Of a DNA stretch of 64,000 nt, positions 39,600 through 50,830 are shown one piece after another. The notes under the pieces are model-generated. The model had not been told where the DNA came from and searched no databases. It was given only the letters and a program-made list of their open reading frames with translations. Location: assembly GCA_036172245.1 (NCBI GenBank), contig JAYWIR010000007.1, forward strand, positions 2,914,001 through 2,978,000, written 5' to 3'. The DNA comes from Raillietiella orientalis. Its lineage: Eukaryota. The translations under genes and the position numbers were made by a program. The first letter of the stretch is position 1. The number at the start of each line of letters is the position of its first letter.

Positions 39600-40860
39600 G
39601 TTGACCCAATTTCCGTACGGACAGTCTGGACAGTGGAGGTCCTTTGTGGGCCCTAGCATCTGCTTTCAAGATCGCGCTCCACTTGTTGAACGATCTCAAC
39701 TCCCCGAGCTAGACTCCCATCCCGTGCTGCCCCATCTACTGGTGCACCGGGGACCGATCAGGTGAAGCAGGGTATGTTGAAGCTTTGTCCTCTCGAAGAG
39801 AGATGCTGGATCGGAGCCGCGCCCGGTTCAGCTTCGGGGAAAGATCTTGGCTGCGGAGGTCAGGATCGAAAGAGCATCCCCGAAACAGCATCCTTTTCCA
39901 GGCGGGGAAGGATCCTCTAGGTGGGGCTCCAGGATGCTATCGAGACCCCGCTGCAGGACATCTGCATCCTCAGCGAAAAGTAAGGGAGGCCGCTCGGTTC
40001 CACCTCCTGTGCCACATGCCTTCACTTTGCCGTATCGTCTCCTGGATCCCAAACTCTCCAAACTCACCTCTTCATCCCGATCCCGGAATCCCATGAAGCT
40101 AAAATGCGTCGTTGAAGAACAAAGGAGATTCCCGGCCTTAACAGTCTCTCTTTCCAAAGAAAAAAAAGGATTTAGGGATTCAGCAGCCGCCTTCCTTCTG
40201 CTCTCGGGAGTGTTGAAGAGGTTTCGGTACGACTCCTCTAGGCCTATGTGACTGTCAACCTCTTTCTCCCTGGAAAGAGGCTGGCCTGCCATCCTTCCTT
40301 GCGCCAGGTGAGTTTTCGCGTGGCTGTTCTTCTGCTCCAGACGAATCGGGGAAGGGATTGGCTGATTCCGACAACTCTCACTCGGACGAACTGGGACGCT
40401 CCTCGAACTCTACTTAAGGACGAAGGAGCTCTTTCCGGACGTGCGAGAAGGTCACGCGGGGGTGGGAGGCAACCGGGGACTCAGGAGGCGACATCCTCTC
40501 CATTGGAGATCAGTCCGGGAGTCGGAAGGAACCAGGAGCTGCTGCAGCGTTTTCTCATTTCTTCTTTCGCGGCTGTGCGAACGCTGTTCGGACTGCCACG
40601 CCGCGTCCTCCCGTCTGCTCACGTGTCCCTCAGAGAGGACAGCGCTGAGGCAAGGGAGGTTCTACCTGTCCACGTCCTCTTCGTGGGATATTCGAGGATC
40701 TTCCGAAGCTAACAGTCTTTATAGAAAGAGTACAGCATTCTCTGTGTCTGTTTCTGGCACCGCTCGTTGCTCTTCGCCCGCGTACGACCAGGAACTCCCG
40801 TTCGCAGGGCGGCAGGAGATCCAGGTGTCGTTCGTCTTTATCAATGTTGCCACCTGCTGG
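39600..40860 (-). mobile_element. Decayed LINE (CR1/L2-like) EN-RT remnant
   Basis: NDTW (~40825, cf. TETW); ORF 39828..40292 has KAAAESLNPFFS (cf. KAExLNxFFxS) and EEVS..KACG (cf. EEV..KAxGPD); QHG at ~39725. Confidence 0.4.
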
Positions 40861-41499
40861 GGCTACAGTCCTAAATGGGGGTCTTCTCTTCCATCCCTCC
40901 CTCCTCGCCCTCGTTAGAAGAGACTGTGGACGTCATTTCTTCAGGCAATACAATAATCTTCTGAGCCCTGCATCCCCTCACCGCACTCGGGACTGGACTC
41001 GTGCAAACGCCTTTCGTCTTCGGTGTACTGCGCTCGGGAAGTGGGGTCAGTGCACATGACCCTCAGGACTATTTATCCCGGGTTCCTTTGGTTAATGGCC
41101 GGAAGTTGGACTACCGACCTATTTTCTCCACCTTTCAGTTGAAGGAGGCGCTCCTGGAAGTGCTCCTGTCCCCCTTCCAGGGAGCGATGCGGCTCACGAG
41201 TGCGTCCCGGCGGAGTCAGAGGAACGCCCCTCACTGTCTCCTTCTTTTCACGCTTTCTACAAAAGGAATCGTCTCCTCGCCGCAGCGGCACCCACCGGAC
41301 TCACTCGCTTGCCGCCCGTCCGAACTGCACCGGACAGAGTGGTCTCTGGTCACGAGGAGACGACCTCCTTCCTCTCTCCTTGTCCTTGCAAAGGGACTAG
41401 AGGAGGAAGGGAGAAGAAGAGGAAGAAGAGAGGGGGGAGATACGGAAACCAAGAGGGTCCTTTCTTCTCCCTACCTCGCTTCCTCAATCGCCTTTCCTG

Positions 41500-41691
41500 C
41501 TCCGCGCTCGCGGCGGGAGCATCAGCGCGCCGTCGGAGGAGGCGCGTCCGAGTTTGCGCTCGGGCGGCGAGGGAGGGCGCGTGCCGCGAGGAGTCGCCGA
41601 CGAGCGTCGCTGCCGCCGCCGCCGCCGCCACTCACACGAAGCGGATGCGGGAAGACGGTCGTGCCCGCCGCCTGCAAGATGACACGCCGCG
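41500..41691 (+). promoter_or_regulatory. CpG-rich putative promoter/5'UTR with (GCC)6 tract and upstream ATGs
   Basis: Very high CpG density; (GCC)6 at ~41612-41629; out-of-frame ATGs at 41645 and 41679 precede the ATG at 41692. Confidence 0.45.
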
Positions 41692-41752
41692 ATGAGAACA
41701 CCGCCGGCGCGTAGGAGGAGGAGGAAGCAGACCCACCCGAAGCCCTTGAAAA
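41692..41752 (+). CDS. Putative first coding exon of a zinc-finger transcriptional regulator with an RRKQxxP NuRD-binding motif; best guess Friend-of-GATA/U-shaped (alternative Oaz/ZNF423); remaining exons not found in window
   Basis: ATG at 41692 gives MRTPPARRRRRKQTHPKPLK + 1 nt, then a consensus donor GTAAGT at 41753. The RRKQ-xx-P-xxx-K spacing equals the FOG/ZNF423 N-terminus. It lies at the start of a CpG-rich domain and is followed by GATA-site clusters. Confidence 0.55.
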
Positions 41753-42215
41753 GTAAGTTGATATCATTGGCTGCCAGATGCCGCGCCGGGAGGGGGGCGC
41801 CCTTCACGTCTACGGGCGTCGGAATCGACCCAAAGAGGGCAGAGCACCAGGTCGAAGATGGGGCCAGTTCCCCCGTAATCACAACGATTTGTCCTCCGCC
41901 TCCCCTCCACCCCAGACCGATCTGCCTCGCAGGAGAGGGAGAGGGGGGGAGAGGAGAGAGTTCATTTTTCCTGACCGGCGGCCCCTGCTCTCAAGGGACC
42001 AGGTCGGGAAAAAACTGGGAAGGAGGGATGGCAAATGAGAACAACGAAGCTGTCGAGGGATGGTGTGTGTTAAAAAGGGCGCCCTCTTGGTCTCCGTTTC
42101 GCTCTCCCGTCTCACCCCAGAAAAAGGGTGAGACTGGGGGTTGGGGAGAGAAAGGGAGGAGGGGGTATTCATCTCTCATCCTCTTCCTCCCCCTTTCCGC
42201 GCCCTCGTAAGCTGC

Positions 42216-42341
42216 CGATAGAAACCCCGCGGCGCCGCGACAGCAGCAGCAGCAGCACTGCGGGCTTATCGGGGATTTCCCAGGCGTCACCTCCAGAGTC
42301 ATTTTGCTAATTGCTGCAGATAAGCATCTCGCGGATTATCT
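42216..42341. promoter_or_regulatory. Small GATA-site cluster (4 HGATAR) around a (CAG)5 tract
   Basis: CGATAG 42216, TTATCG 42266, AGATAA 42318, TTATCT 42336 in GC-rich context. Confidence 0.45.
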
Positions 42342-42349
42342 ACCTCTGG

Positions 42350-42740
42350 AGTCTCTTTCCCTCTCCTCCTCCCCTCTGCATCCCCTTTGCCTGCTAGCCC
42401 GCCTCCCCTCCCTCCTTGCTCTAGGTTCTCACTGCTCTCCCTTTCCCTCCGGAGTGACCGGCAAATGCAAGGGGAAGCCGAATGGGCTTTCCTTTTCCCT
42501 TTCTTCCTCCTTTCCTCCTCCTCCTCCTTCTGCTCCTTCGCCATTGACCTTCCTCCCGCCTCGCACTCGCGTCCTTCTTCCTCACCTTCCTTCTCCTTCC
42601 TCGCATTCCCCCCGCCCTCCTCCCTCCCTCCCTCTCCTCTCCAGCAGCGTCCTCTTTCCTTCCCGGTCGCCTGGAGACCGGTTCACTCCACCTTCCTTGT
42701 GAGAGCTCTTCCTCGCACCCGATCTTCCTTCTCCTCACCA
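42350..42740 (+). repeat. Polypyrimidine (CT-rich) low-complexity tract
   Basis: Long runs of CCT/CTT/CTC; a similar tract lies at 46390-46545. Confidence 0.8.
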
Positions 42741-43879
42741 CGAGGATCGGAAAGGATCGTAGTGCATGGTAGGGCGCAGCTAGGGAGGAGGGGAGAGAGG
42801 GAAGTAGGGTCTCGTGATTTCCATCAAAGCTCTGGAAAGGGTGCTGCAGTCGCCGAATTCCGTGTGATAGAAAGGGGAGGGAGTGCGTCCTTCGCTCAGA
42901 AGCAGACCAACCAAGAGGAAAAAGGGTGAAGGGGAATCAAGGAGTTGGCGCAGGAAACCCCGGGAAGTGGCCAACGAATGGTTTCCCGAGAGGCTCGTAC
43001 GGTAGGCGGCAGAGGGTCATGCCTGATCTGCTTGCCCCTCCTCTCCTAGGTGCACCACTCAGCGGCAGTGGTGTGTCCCAAGTCCACAAACCCGTACCCT
43101 GAGAACAACCAACCGGAAGGCGCTGGTGGGCGGGGTCCATCCACGCCACAACCTCTTTCTCCTGGAATTCCTCTCTTAAAGTGGGGACGGAGTGTGAGTG
43201 GAGATGGAAGTGACCAAAAGTCGTGGTCCTCCGGCTGCTCCTTCAAGCCTCCCCCACCACCTTCTTCCTTTCCTGACTCCTGGAGCACATTGGCAGCGCC
43301 GCGCGCGTAGGAAGTCTTCCGTTCCCGCAGGACTTCGAGCGCTGCATGGCGGCTGAGTCTCCTCGAGGCTGAGTGCACTCATCCGTCCTGTTCGTAAGGC
43401 AGCGATTGACCTACCGGGAGGGCATCGGGATGAAGTGACCTTCCTGGAGTGTCATCCCCTTCCTCTGACGAATCCGGTTCCGGGGATGCTGGAAGGTGAA
43501 CGGAGGCCGAGACCTCACTTCCTGGTTCGACTGTAGCTTTCGAACACCCATGAAGCTGTGACTTCGCGGTGAGTAGGTGGTCCTCCCAGGAAGCGCCGGC
43601 TCTCCGCCTTAGCAGCTTGTCTTCCGGGAGGAGTCGCCCGGAAGACGGCGAACGCTGAGAGAATTCGCGCTACCTCGCATCGTGGGCTCGTCCGAAGCTC
43701 GCGATGCCTCTTGAAGCGAAGCGAAACGTCCGTGAGGAGACACTGCTGACCCCTTCCGGGAAGCGGCAAATGTTAAACTGCAGACGGTGGAGCGCTCGCT
43801 CCCAGCCCCCTGGTGATTCATCCGCTGAGCATTCAGTGGGCGGCGTCTCGTACGCGTTCTAGAGAGGGCGCGAGGATGG

Positions 43880-44300
43880 AGACTCGGACCTCAGCTTCGG
43901 ATATTTTCGGTTCCAAACCACGCAGCGCCACTTTGGGACCTTTTAGGCATCCCTTTTCGCATCTGCAGAAGCGTCGTTTCGGAGGAAGCACGAGATGTTG
44001 CTTCATTGGCATGGACGTCTCGCCAGGGGAGTCAGTTTTCCAGCTGCCAACGTCGCTTCAGGCTCCCGACTGTTCGCGCGAGGGTGGCGCAGTTCTGGAA
44101 GAGCGGCTGGAACCAGAGGAACCTCCTGGACGTTGGGTATTCCCGGTGGTACGCCGTCGCCGGCTTGCCGGCAAGCCTCTCCCCGCGTCCTCTGAGTGCG
44201 CCTGCCCTCGGGGCTCGGCCACACGCAGCTGGCAGTCTGGAGGAGCAGACAAGGCGGGTCGAAAGGGCGAAGCGGAACTCGCCCACGCCACTGTCGTTGA
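43880..44300 (+). mobile_element. Possible ancient LINE RT remnant
   Basis: ORF 43813..44559 has FGSKPRSAT (cf. FGFRPxRST), CFIGMDVS (cf. FxDxSKAF), PPGRWVFP (cf. PQGSVLxP) and GAD. Confidence 0.3.
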
Positions 44301-45800
44301 TTCTCGCTTTCGCCGAAGGGCGGCGCCGCTGCCCAGCCATTCCCGCCTGATAGGGGACAATCCGGCGAGCTGCAGTGTCGTCTTCCATGCTTCCAGGAAA
44401 CGCGCGTCGGTCCGTGCTCGCGACAGTGACCCTACCCCTCGGAAAGCTCGGAGAGTTGATCTCCGCATTTCCACCATCAGTCCCAACATCCCTGTCCGTT
44501 ACGAGAATGGGGGGGAATTTCGCCTCAGCCTGGAGGCCAGTAGCAGTCGGAGAGAATAATGCTCCATGCTGGGAGAGGAATGGAGAGGTGGAGGTGAAAG
44601 AGGCACTCGATTCCTCCGTCTCTCTCTTCCGTCCTTGAAAAGAGGTGCAGGAGGAGCTGAAACGAGAAGGAAGAGTCCTTTCCTCCATCTGGCTTAAGAT
44701 GGAAGGCGTTCCTTCTCCGTGGTTGGAGGTTAGGAAGAGAGGACCATGGGGAAAAGGGAAGGAAGGATGACCTGGTACTAATCTCCTTTATTTCTCTCAG
44801 AGCGTGAAGAAAGGTCACTAACTAAGGAACCACCAGATCCAGATGCACGCGTGGTTTTCCTTCTGATGCTTTCTTTTCGTGTACTGAGGCACCGGATCCC
44901 TTTTCGGAGGGTTCCTGAGGAAGCATTTGCTGCGTCCATTTCCCGGTCTCTCATCTTCCCAGACGTCCTCGCTCCTCCTTTCTGCTTTCGTTGAAATTTC
45001 CTAAGATCTCGCGTGGTCCTCGGGGATTGTCAATTCATCATTCTCCTTCGTCCCGAATCCCGGCTCTGACGCCTCCAGGCGCTGGAGTTCCTCTTTCGCC
45101 TCGAAACCCGTTTTCCGGACTGGAAGGAGGGGGAAGGGGTAGGAAGTGGGTGGGCACGTGGGCTGGCAATCCAGTAGTGGCCAGACGTCTTCGGGAGTGA
45201 TCCGCACACCCTGACCTATCGGTTTCGTAACGCAGTGAGTCTACACCGCGGTGCAGCAGGTGCGAAGGGTTCGCTGCGGGGCAGATGGCAGATGCAGATA
45301 CCAAGACTAGTCGCCCTTCTTCGTTTTCGCTCCCGTTATTCGCTTCGATACGCGGCGACTTCTGCCCTGAGATGAGAATGGAAAAGCCAGCTCTCCCTCG
45401 TTCCTACCCCCTGCCTTCCTTGATCTCTCGCTCAGTTCGAGAACCCTGTTTGAGTCCAGTCGCCGTTTCGGAGTCTTCAGAAGGGCGGGACGCGTCAGTC
45501 TTCCTCCTTCCTTCTCTTCCCCCTGCATGATCCTACGCTTTTCTCGCAGTTCCTCCCTCTCCTCCTCCTCTTCCTTCTCTTCCACTTCTTGCACTCCGTC
45601 CTTTCCTAGTTCGTCCGCCAACCTGTCGGGAGAAACGGGCGGGGAAGACGCTGGATCAGAGCGTGTGCGAAAGGCGGTCGTTGGAAAACGCGGCTGGAGG
45701 AAGAGACGAAGAGAAAGAGAGAGCATTCCGTAGCAAAGAGAGGGGAGGAGGGAGATGCGGCAGGGAGGAGGGAGAAAGCAGAAAATCACAATAAAGATGC

Positions 45801-46062
45801 CTATCATCCGCTCGCTATCCGCTTTATCATTTTGAAACCTGTATCAAACCGCTGGCGAAAGTCTGATTGGTTTGCGCGCACGATGGAGCAGATAAAAATG
45901 CCTCGCCGTTTTATCGCGCACTTTATCGGGGTCGCCTAGGAAACTCCGACCGATAAGAAGAAGTTATTCCCTTCGTTATCGCACGTTCTTATCTCCTGGA
46001 TGCATGGATGAGTTTTCAGATCTGATAAGGAGGATAATGTATGATGACATGCATCGCGATAA
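45801..46062. promoter_or_regulatory. Dense homotypic GATA-site cluster, candidate intronic enhancer
   Basis: GATA/TATC cores at 45802, 45816, 45825, 45842, 45891, 45912, 45924, 45952, 45977, 45990, 46024, 46033 and 46058. That is 13 in ~260 bp; 10 fit HGATAR; both orientations; not a tandem repeat. Confidence 0.7.
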
Positions 46063-49000
46063 GAGAACGAAAGCAGATTAAAAGTGAAAAATACATTTCT
46101 ATTATTCGGCGAGATCTTCGGAAACAGAGAGCAGGCTGCTCGCTTGTGCGTACCCCACCCGGCAGCAGAGACCCCGTGCCTTCGTTCCTCCCCATCTCTT
46201 TTTCCACGGCCACTGACTCTGCCGAGAAGAGTACTGGAAGCTCGCCGTTCCTCCTCGAGAACTTTGGCAGCCAAGTCTTCCCGCCGTTCGTCTTCTTCCT
46301 TCAAGAAATGAAGGGGTGTAAAGAAGATGAACGGCAAGGTCTCAACCGGATCCAGCGCGACGTAACACTCTCCAGGAAACAAGCAAGAGTTTTCCTTTTG
46401 TCTCTCCTTACCAACCTTCTCTCTTCCTCCCCCACCTGCTCCACACTTCTTCTTTCTCCTTTTCCTCCTCCTTTCCTCCTCCTCCACCACTATCTACTCC
46501 TCACTTCTTCCTCCTTCTCTTCCGCTTCCGTCCTCCCTTTTCCTAATTATCCGGAGTTCAGCCATGCCACCGCACCTTCCCTCCATCTCTTCGCAGCTCG
46601 CGCCAGCCAATTCAGTGGGCCTGCGTGCTGCTGCTGAGAGCTCCTGCGGCCGTTGATGCTACCTCCTTCATGTTTCTTGTTCCTCTTGGAGCTGGACGTT
46701 TCGGCATCCTGGCGATTCGTTCCGTGAAGACACTGTTCAGCCGAAGAGTTGCAAGTCGACTTTGGGGAAGGCGCTGGACAGGAGCCCTTTTTGCACTCGG
46801 AGAGCTCCGAGAGCTCTCGCTGTTGAAACTTGAGCGAAACCCGCGAAGGAGAGAGCAAGGGAGAGAGAGAGGGGAGGAAGAGCAGGGTTTGTTAGGGAAG
46901 ATGGGAAAGGGAATTCTCCCATAGCGTTCTTCCCATTACTCTCCGCTCTTTTCCATGACACAAGAAAAGCTCCCGGGAAGTTGATCCCTTCTTCACCCAC
47001 CAGCCTTCGGAAAGGGCTCAAAGCGCCGGTCGGAAGGCAAGAGAGGATAGGAGGATGGGAAAGAGGAAGGAAAGCTGGGCTTGCACGAGCTAACGCGATC
47101 TTGAACCAGGAAGAGGAACTGCTCTTCCCCTCCTCCCCTTCTCCTTTCCCTACTAGTCTGCTCTCCTCGCTGCTACCACTGCGTTTCCACTCACAGAAGA
47201 GATGGGGGAAAGAACAAAGAGGACTCGCGATGCAAAGGGCGGCTGTTTACGGGGGAATCGCGGTAGGAGGGGAAGGGGGGAGAAAGGGGTGTGAATGAAC
47301 ATCCTACGAAAAAGATTCGTCTCAGAACTCCATCATCCGCTACTGCGGCGCCATTGCTAGTTCTCTTCCTGCGTATTCCGTTCTTTCGCTCACGGGGCAG
47401 AATGAAGAGTAGGGTAACGGAGGGCACAGTAAGCGGAAGGCTTCCCGTTTCCTGTGGGTGCGCTCAATGGAGATCCAGGTGACCTACACGCCTACTTCTT
47501 GAGCTCCTCCCCATTTCCGCCTTCAGTCCTCGTCCCCATCCTTCCTCCTCCTCCTGGTGCGCAGCAGCCGTCAGTGGGCGCCGTGCTTGCGGGAAGTATG
47601 CGAGGCAGCAAGTAGGAATGACCTAGGACGGTTAGAAAGGATAATGATATGATGATATTCCGGAAGGAGTGAGCACTGCTGTCTTCGGGAATGCGGGCAG
47701 GGAGTGAAGCAGCTCCTTCGTCTCCCCTCATTTCTCTTCGTCTGCGTGTGGGCTGAGCCCCTTAAAGGAATGGACTCGGAAGGGGGAATGAGCAGAAAGA
47801 CCTCAATGATTGCGACGACGATGATGAGGGGGAGGAGAAAAAAGGGAGCTGAAGTCTCCCATGAAGTGAACGACGTAGAGAGAAGCTGCCCCGCTGCCGT
47901 CATCTCACCACCCTCCTGCTCCTCCTTCTTCTCAAAGGGTCGTTCTCCCTCAGGGTGCTGATTCGGGTGAATCCTGGTCTCTCATATTCAAAAATCAGAG
48001 AAGGGGGAATCTCCCCCTTCTCTGATATTTGGGCGCCTCCCGCCTCTCTGGACCGCCGTTCAGACCCCGATTTCCTCACCTGCTGGACGAAGAAAAAGTG
48101 CAGGAGAAGGTTTCAGGTTTTCCTTCCGTGCACTTCTGGCAGGTGCAGTCTCAGCAGCCTTGAGCCTGGAGGAGGCCTCTCCTCCTGTGCTCGGCTAAAG
48201 GACAAGAGGATGCGTCATCGAGATGAAGACGCGCGGAGGAATTCGGGTCATAAACGGGAAAGTGATAATTTATTCCTGAACCTGTCTTTGGAGAATACGC
48301 AAAGGGGAGGGGGAGGGAGGGAAAAAGGGGAGGGAGGAAACAAATGAGAAAAGCGAGAGGCTCTCGTAAGAGCTTCTCTGGAGCTCAGCGAAAGCGAAAG
48401 AAAGGTGGGAATATAGGGAAGGTGGAAGCAGAGGAAGAAAAGCTGGAAGAGGAAGGACGAGGGGGATAGGATAGGGGGTACGCATTCAGGGAGTCACCCA
48501 ATGGAGACAGCCTTTCTTAGCTCAATGCCGAAGGGGGAAGGCAGGTTCCTTCTTCCGAGCAGCAGAGCCTCCGAGAGCATCCTCAGGGATCATTCGAGGG
48601 GCTTGGCGTCAAGATAAAAGACCGCCTTCTTTCTTTACGGCTGGATTTCTTGCGCAAACTCCCCTCAATACTCCTCCCTTCTTTCTTCTCCTGAGGATCT
48701 GAGAGCCTCGGTCCACGCGCACACGCGCGCGCTGCGGACGACCCCCACTACCCCCTAGACAAATCTCCATTCCCTTCGAAGACCTACTCTTTCGAGTTCC
48801 CGCGACCCGTTCCATTCCGAGACTCCTTCTTCGGTACGGGAGGGTTCTTCTCTTCCTTTCTCGGTTCCACGTTCCTAGTTTTCTTGGAGAAGGAGCAGCA
48901 GGGGTTCCTCCGAGTAAAAGCGACGGTTTTTCGGAAGGAGATTGATCCTCCTCTGCACCTTCTGACGATGAAATTCTTCTGGAAGGTCTCTTCTCTTTTC

Positions 49001-50249
49001 CCATTCCCCGGTCCCCTTTTCTACCATCATCTTCCCTGCTCGCTCTTGCTTCCTCCAGAACAAGGGACAAAGACTCTGTTGGAACAGGTTTTATCGTTGC
49101 CTACGCAGCGATCCAGTGGGAAGCAGGGATCGCTCCAGAATCAGAGCTCTCCCATTCCCCCGGAGACCCGTAACGGACCTCGTCCAGGAGCGAGATGGCG
49201 AAGACTATCCCCCTGTCCGGTCACCCTTTCTTCCTCCTCTTTCTTCCTCCAAGAAGAAAGGGATCTCCTCAAACACAGGACGACACAGGACTTCCTGGTT
49301 ACCGCCGTGCGCGCCGCCGCTGCTGCTGCATCAGCCGAGGGAAGCCACCGGTGGTCACTTTGCGTGCTCAGAGAGGCGGCATGCGGTCTGTAATTGCTCT
49401 TTGAGGACTCTTCTCGGGAGCTGCCTGTCGTATCGTCCGGAACGTCCGCCATCCACTGACTCTATTTCCGGAAGACGTCGCCGACGTGGGAAGCAGCAGC
49501 TGGCCTGAGGAAAAGGGGCGAGGGAGAAGAGTGTGCGTCGTTGACTCATCGATCCCATTCCTCCTGGGATTCCTCCTACCTCTCCCGCACTCCTCCGGCT
49601 CCTTCCGAGGTGCGGAGTCCTCGCACGAGAGCTCATCGCCGCGCAGCATCCCGCTGGAGATGGGGTGCGCGGTGCGCTTGCCGCTCTCCGTACGTCCCAC
49701 ACTCGGTCCACCTCCTCCCTCGCCTTGACCACAATGTGAAAGGGAAAGTCCGGAGATCGGATTCTTCCCGTAGGGAGGCGCGTTCCTGACCTCACGCGGA
49801 CTCTCCCGGAGCCTCCAAGCTGCGACAGCGACTGGAAACGAGTTTTCTCTTATTCTGATTATTATCTTCCTCCTCCGGTTCTGTGTCGTGTTGTAACGAC
49901 TGCTCCTCCGAGTGGTCCATCACCATCTGCCAGATGACCCGACTGCAAGAAAGGTGAACGGAGGGAGTTCAGCAGACTCCTCAGACTTTTCAGATTTCGG
50001 TGAAGAAGTGATGAGGCGAGTTATTCGTGTGTGCTGGAGCGGTCATCTTGGGGAGGAGCAGAGAGACAAAAACTCGTGTCTTTGGGATCGAAAGAAGGAA
50101 AGGGCAGCCGCAGTGCAGCGTCCCGCCCTTCCCATCTTTCCGGAGGCTGCTTCTTCGTGATGGAGGACGTCCGGTTCCTTCAAGACGCGCGAGCAGGGCG
50201 GGAGACGAGTAAGGTCAGAGGCTACCGCTTCCGGTTCCGTGGCTTACGA

Positions 50250-50830
50250 CCCGACCCTCTGTCCCATCCGTGGAGTAAACCACCCGATCTGTAACTACTC
50301 GGAACGCCGGCTGGTAGGCGGGGGAGCAGTGGCTCCACTCTCGCGGCGCCTTCTGATAGCCAGACGGCGAGCGCAGTCTTGCCTGCCTGGCCTCCCTTTC
50401 CTTTTCCTCCGACTCGGAAGAAAGGGATCAAGAATCTCTTCCTTTCCCTATGCGAGGTGGCAGGCACAACCGTGGGATCTTCCCTTTGCCGCCTAAACGG
50501 CAACCCCACTGCTTTCGCGCCCGCCAGATGTTGATGGAAAAATTGGTCCTCAACCTCAGGGATGACAAAGAAAGATCTCCTTCCCAATCCTACACCCCCC
50601 TCCTTTCTGCCATCTCGGATGCGTTCGATGCTCCCCTCCCCAAGCGTTAAGGACACGTGGGATGGAAGTCACCGTCCACCGCCGTCTTTGAATCCGTTGT
50701 TTCGCTCTCGCCTTCTCCAGGGACTCTGCTGAGTCAGAGACTGCAGGAGGAGCGATCGTCGTCGCCCTTAGAGCTAAGGAGCTGTTGAGAGGGGCATCCT
50801 CCGGGAGATTGTTTTTCGTGGTCCCCACCC
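50250..50830 (+). mobile_element. Possible ancient LINE RT remnant
   Basis: ORF 50450..50650 has IFPLPPK..CFRA..LMEKLV..SDAFDA (cf. PIPK..YRP..MEKxx..SKAFD); RGASSG at ~50790. Confidence 0.3.
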
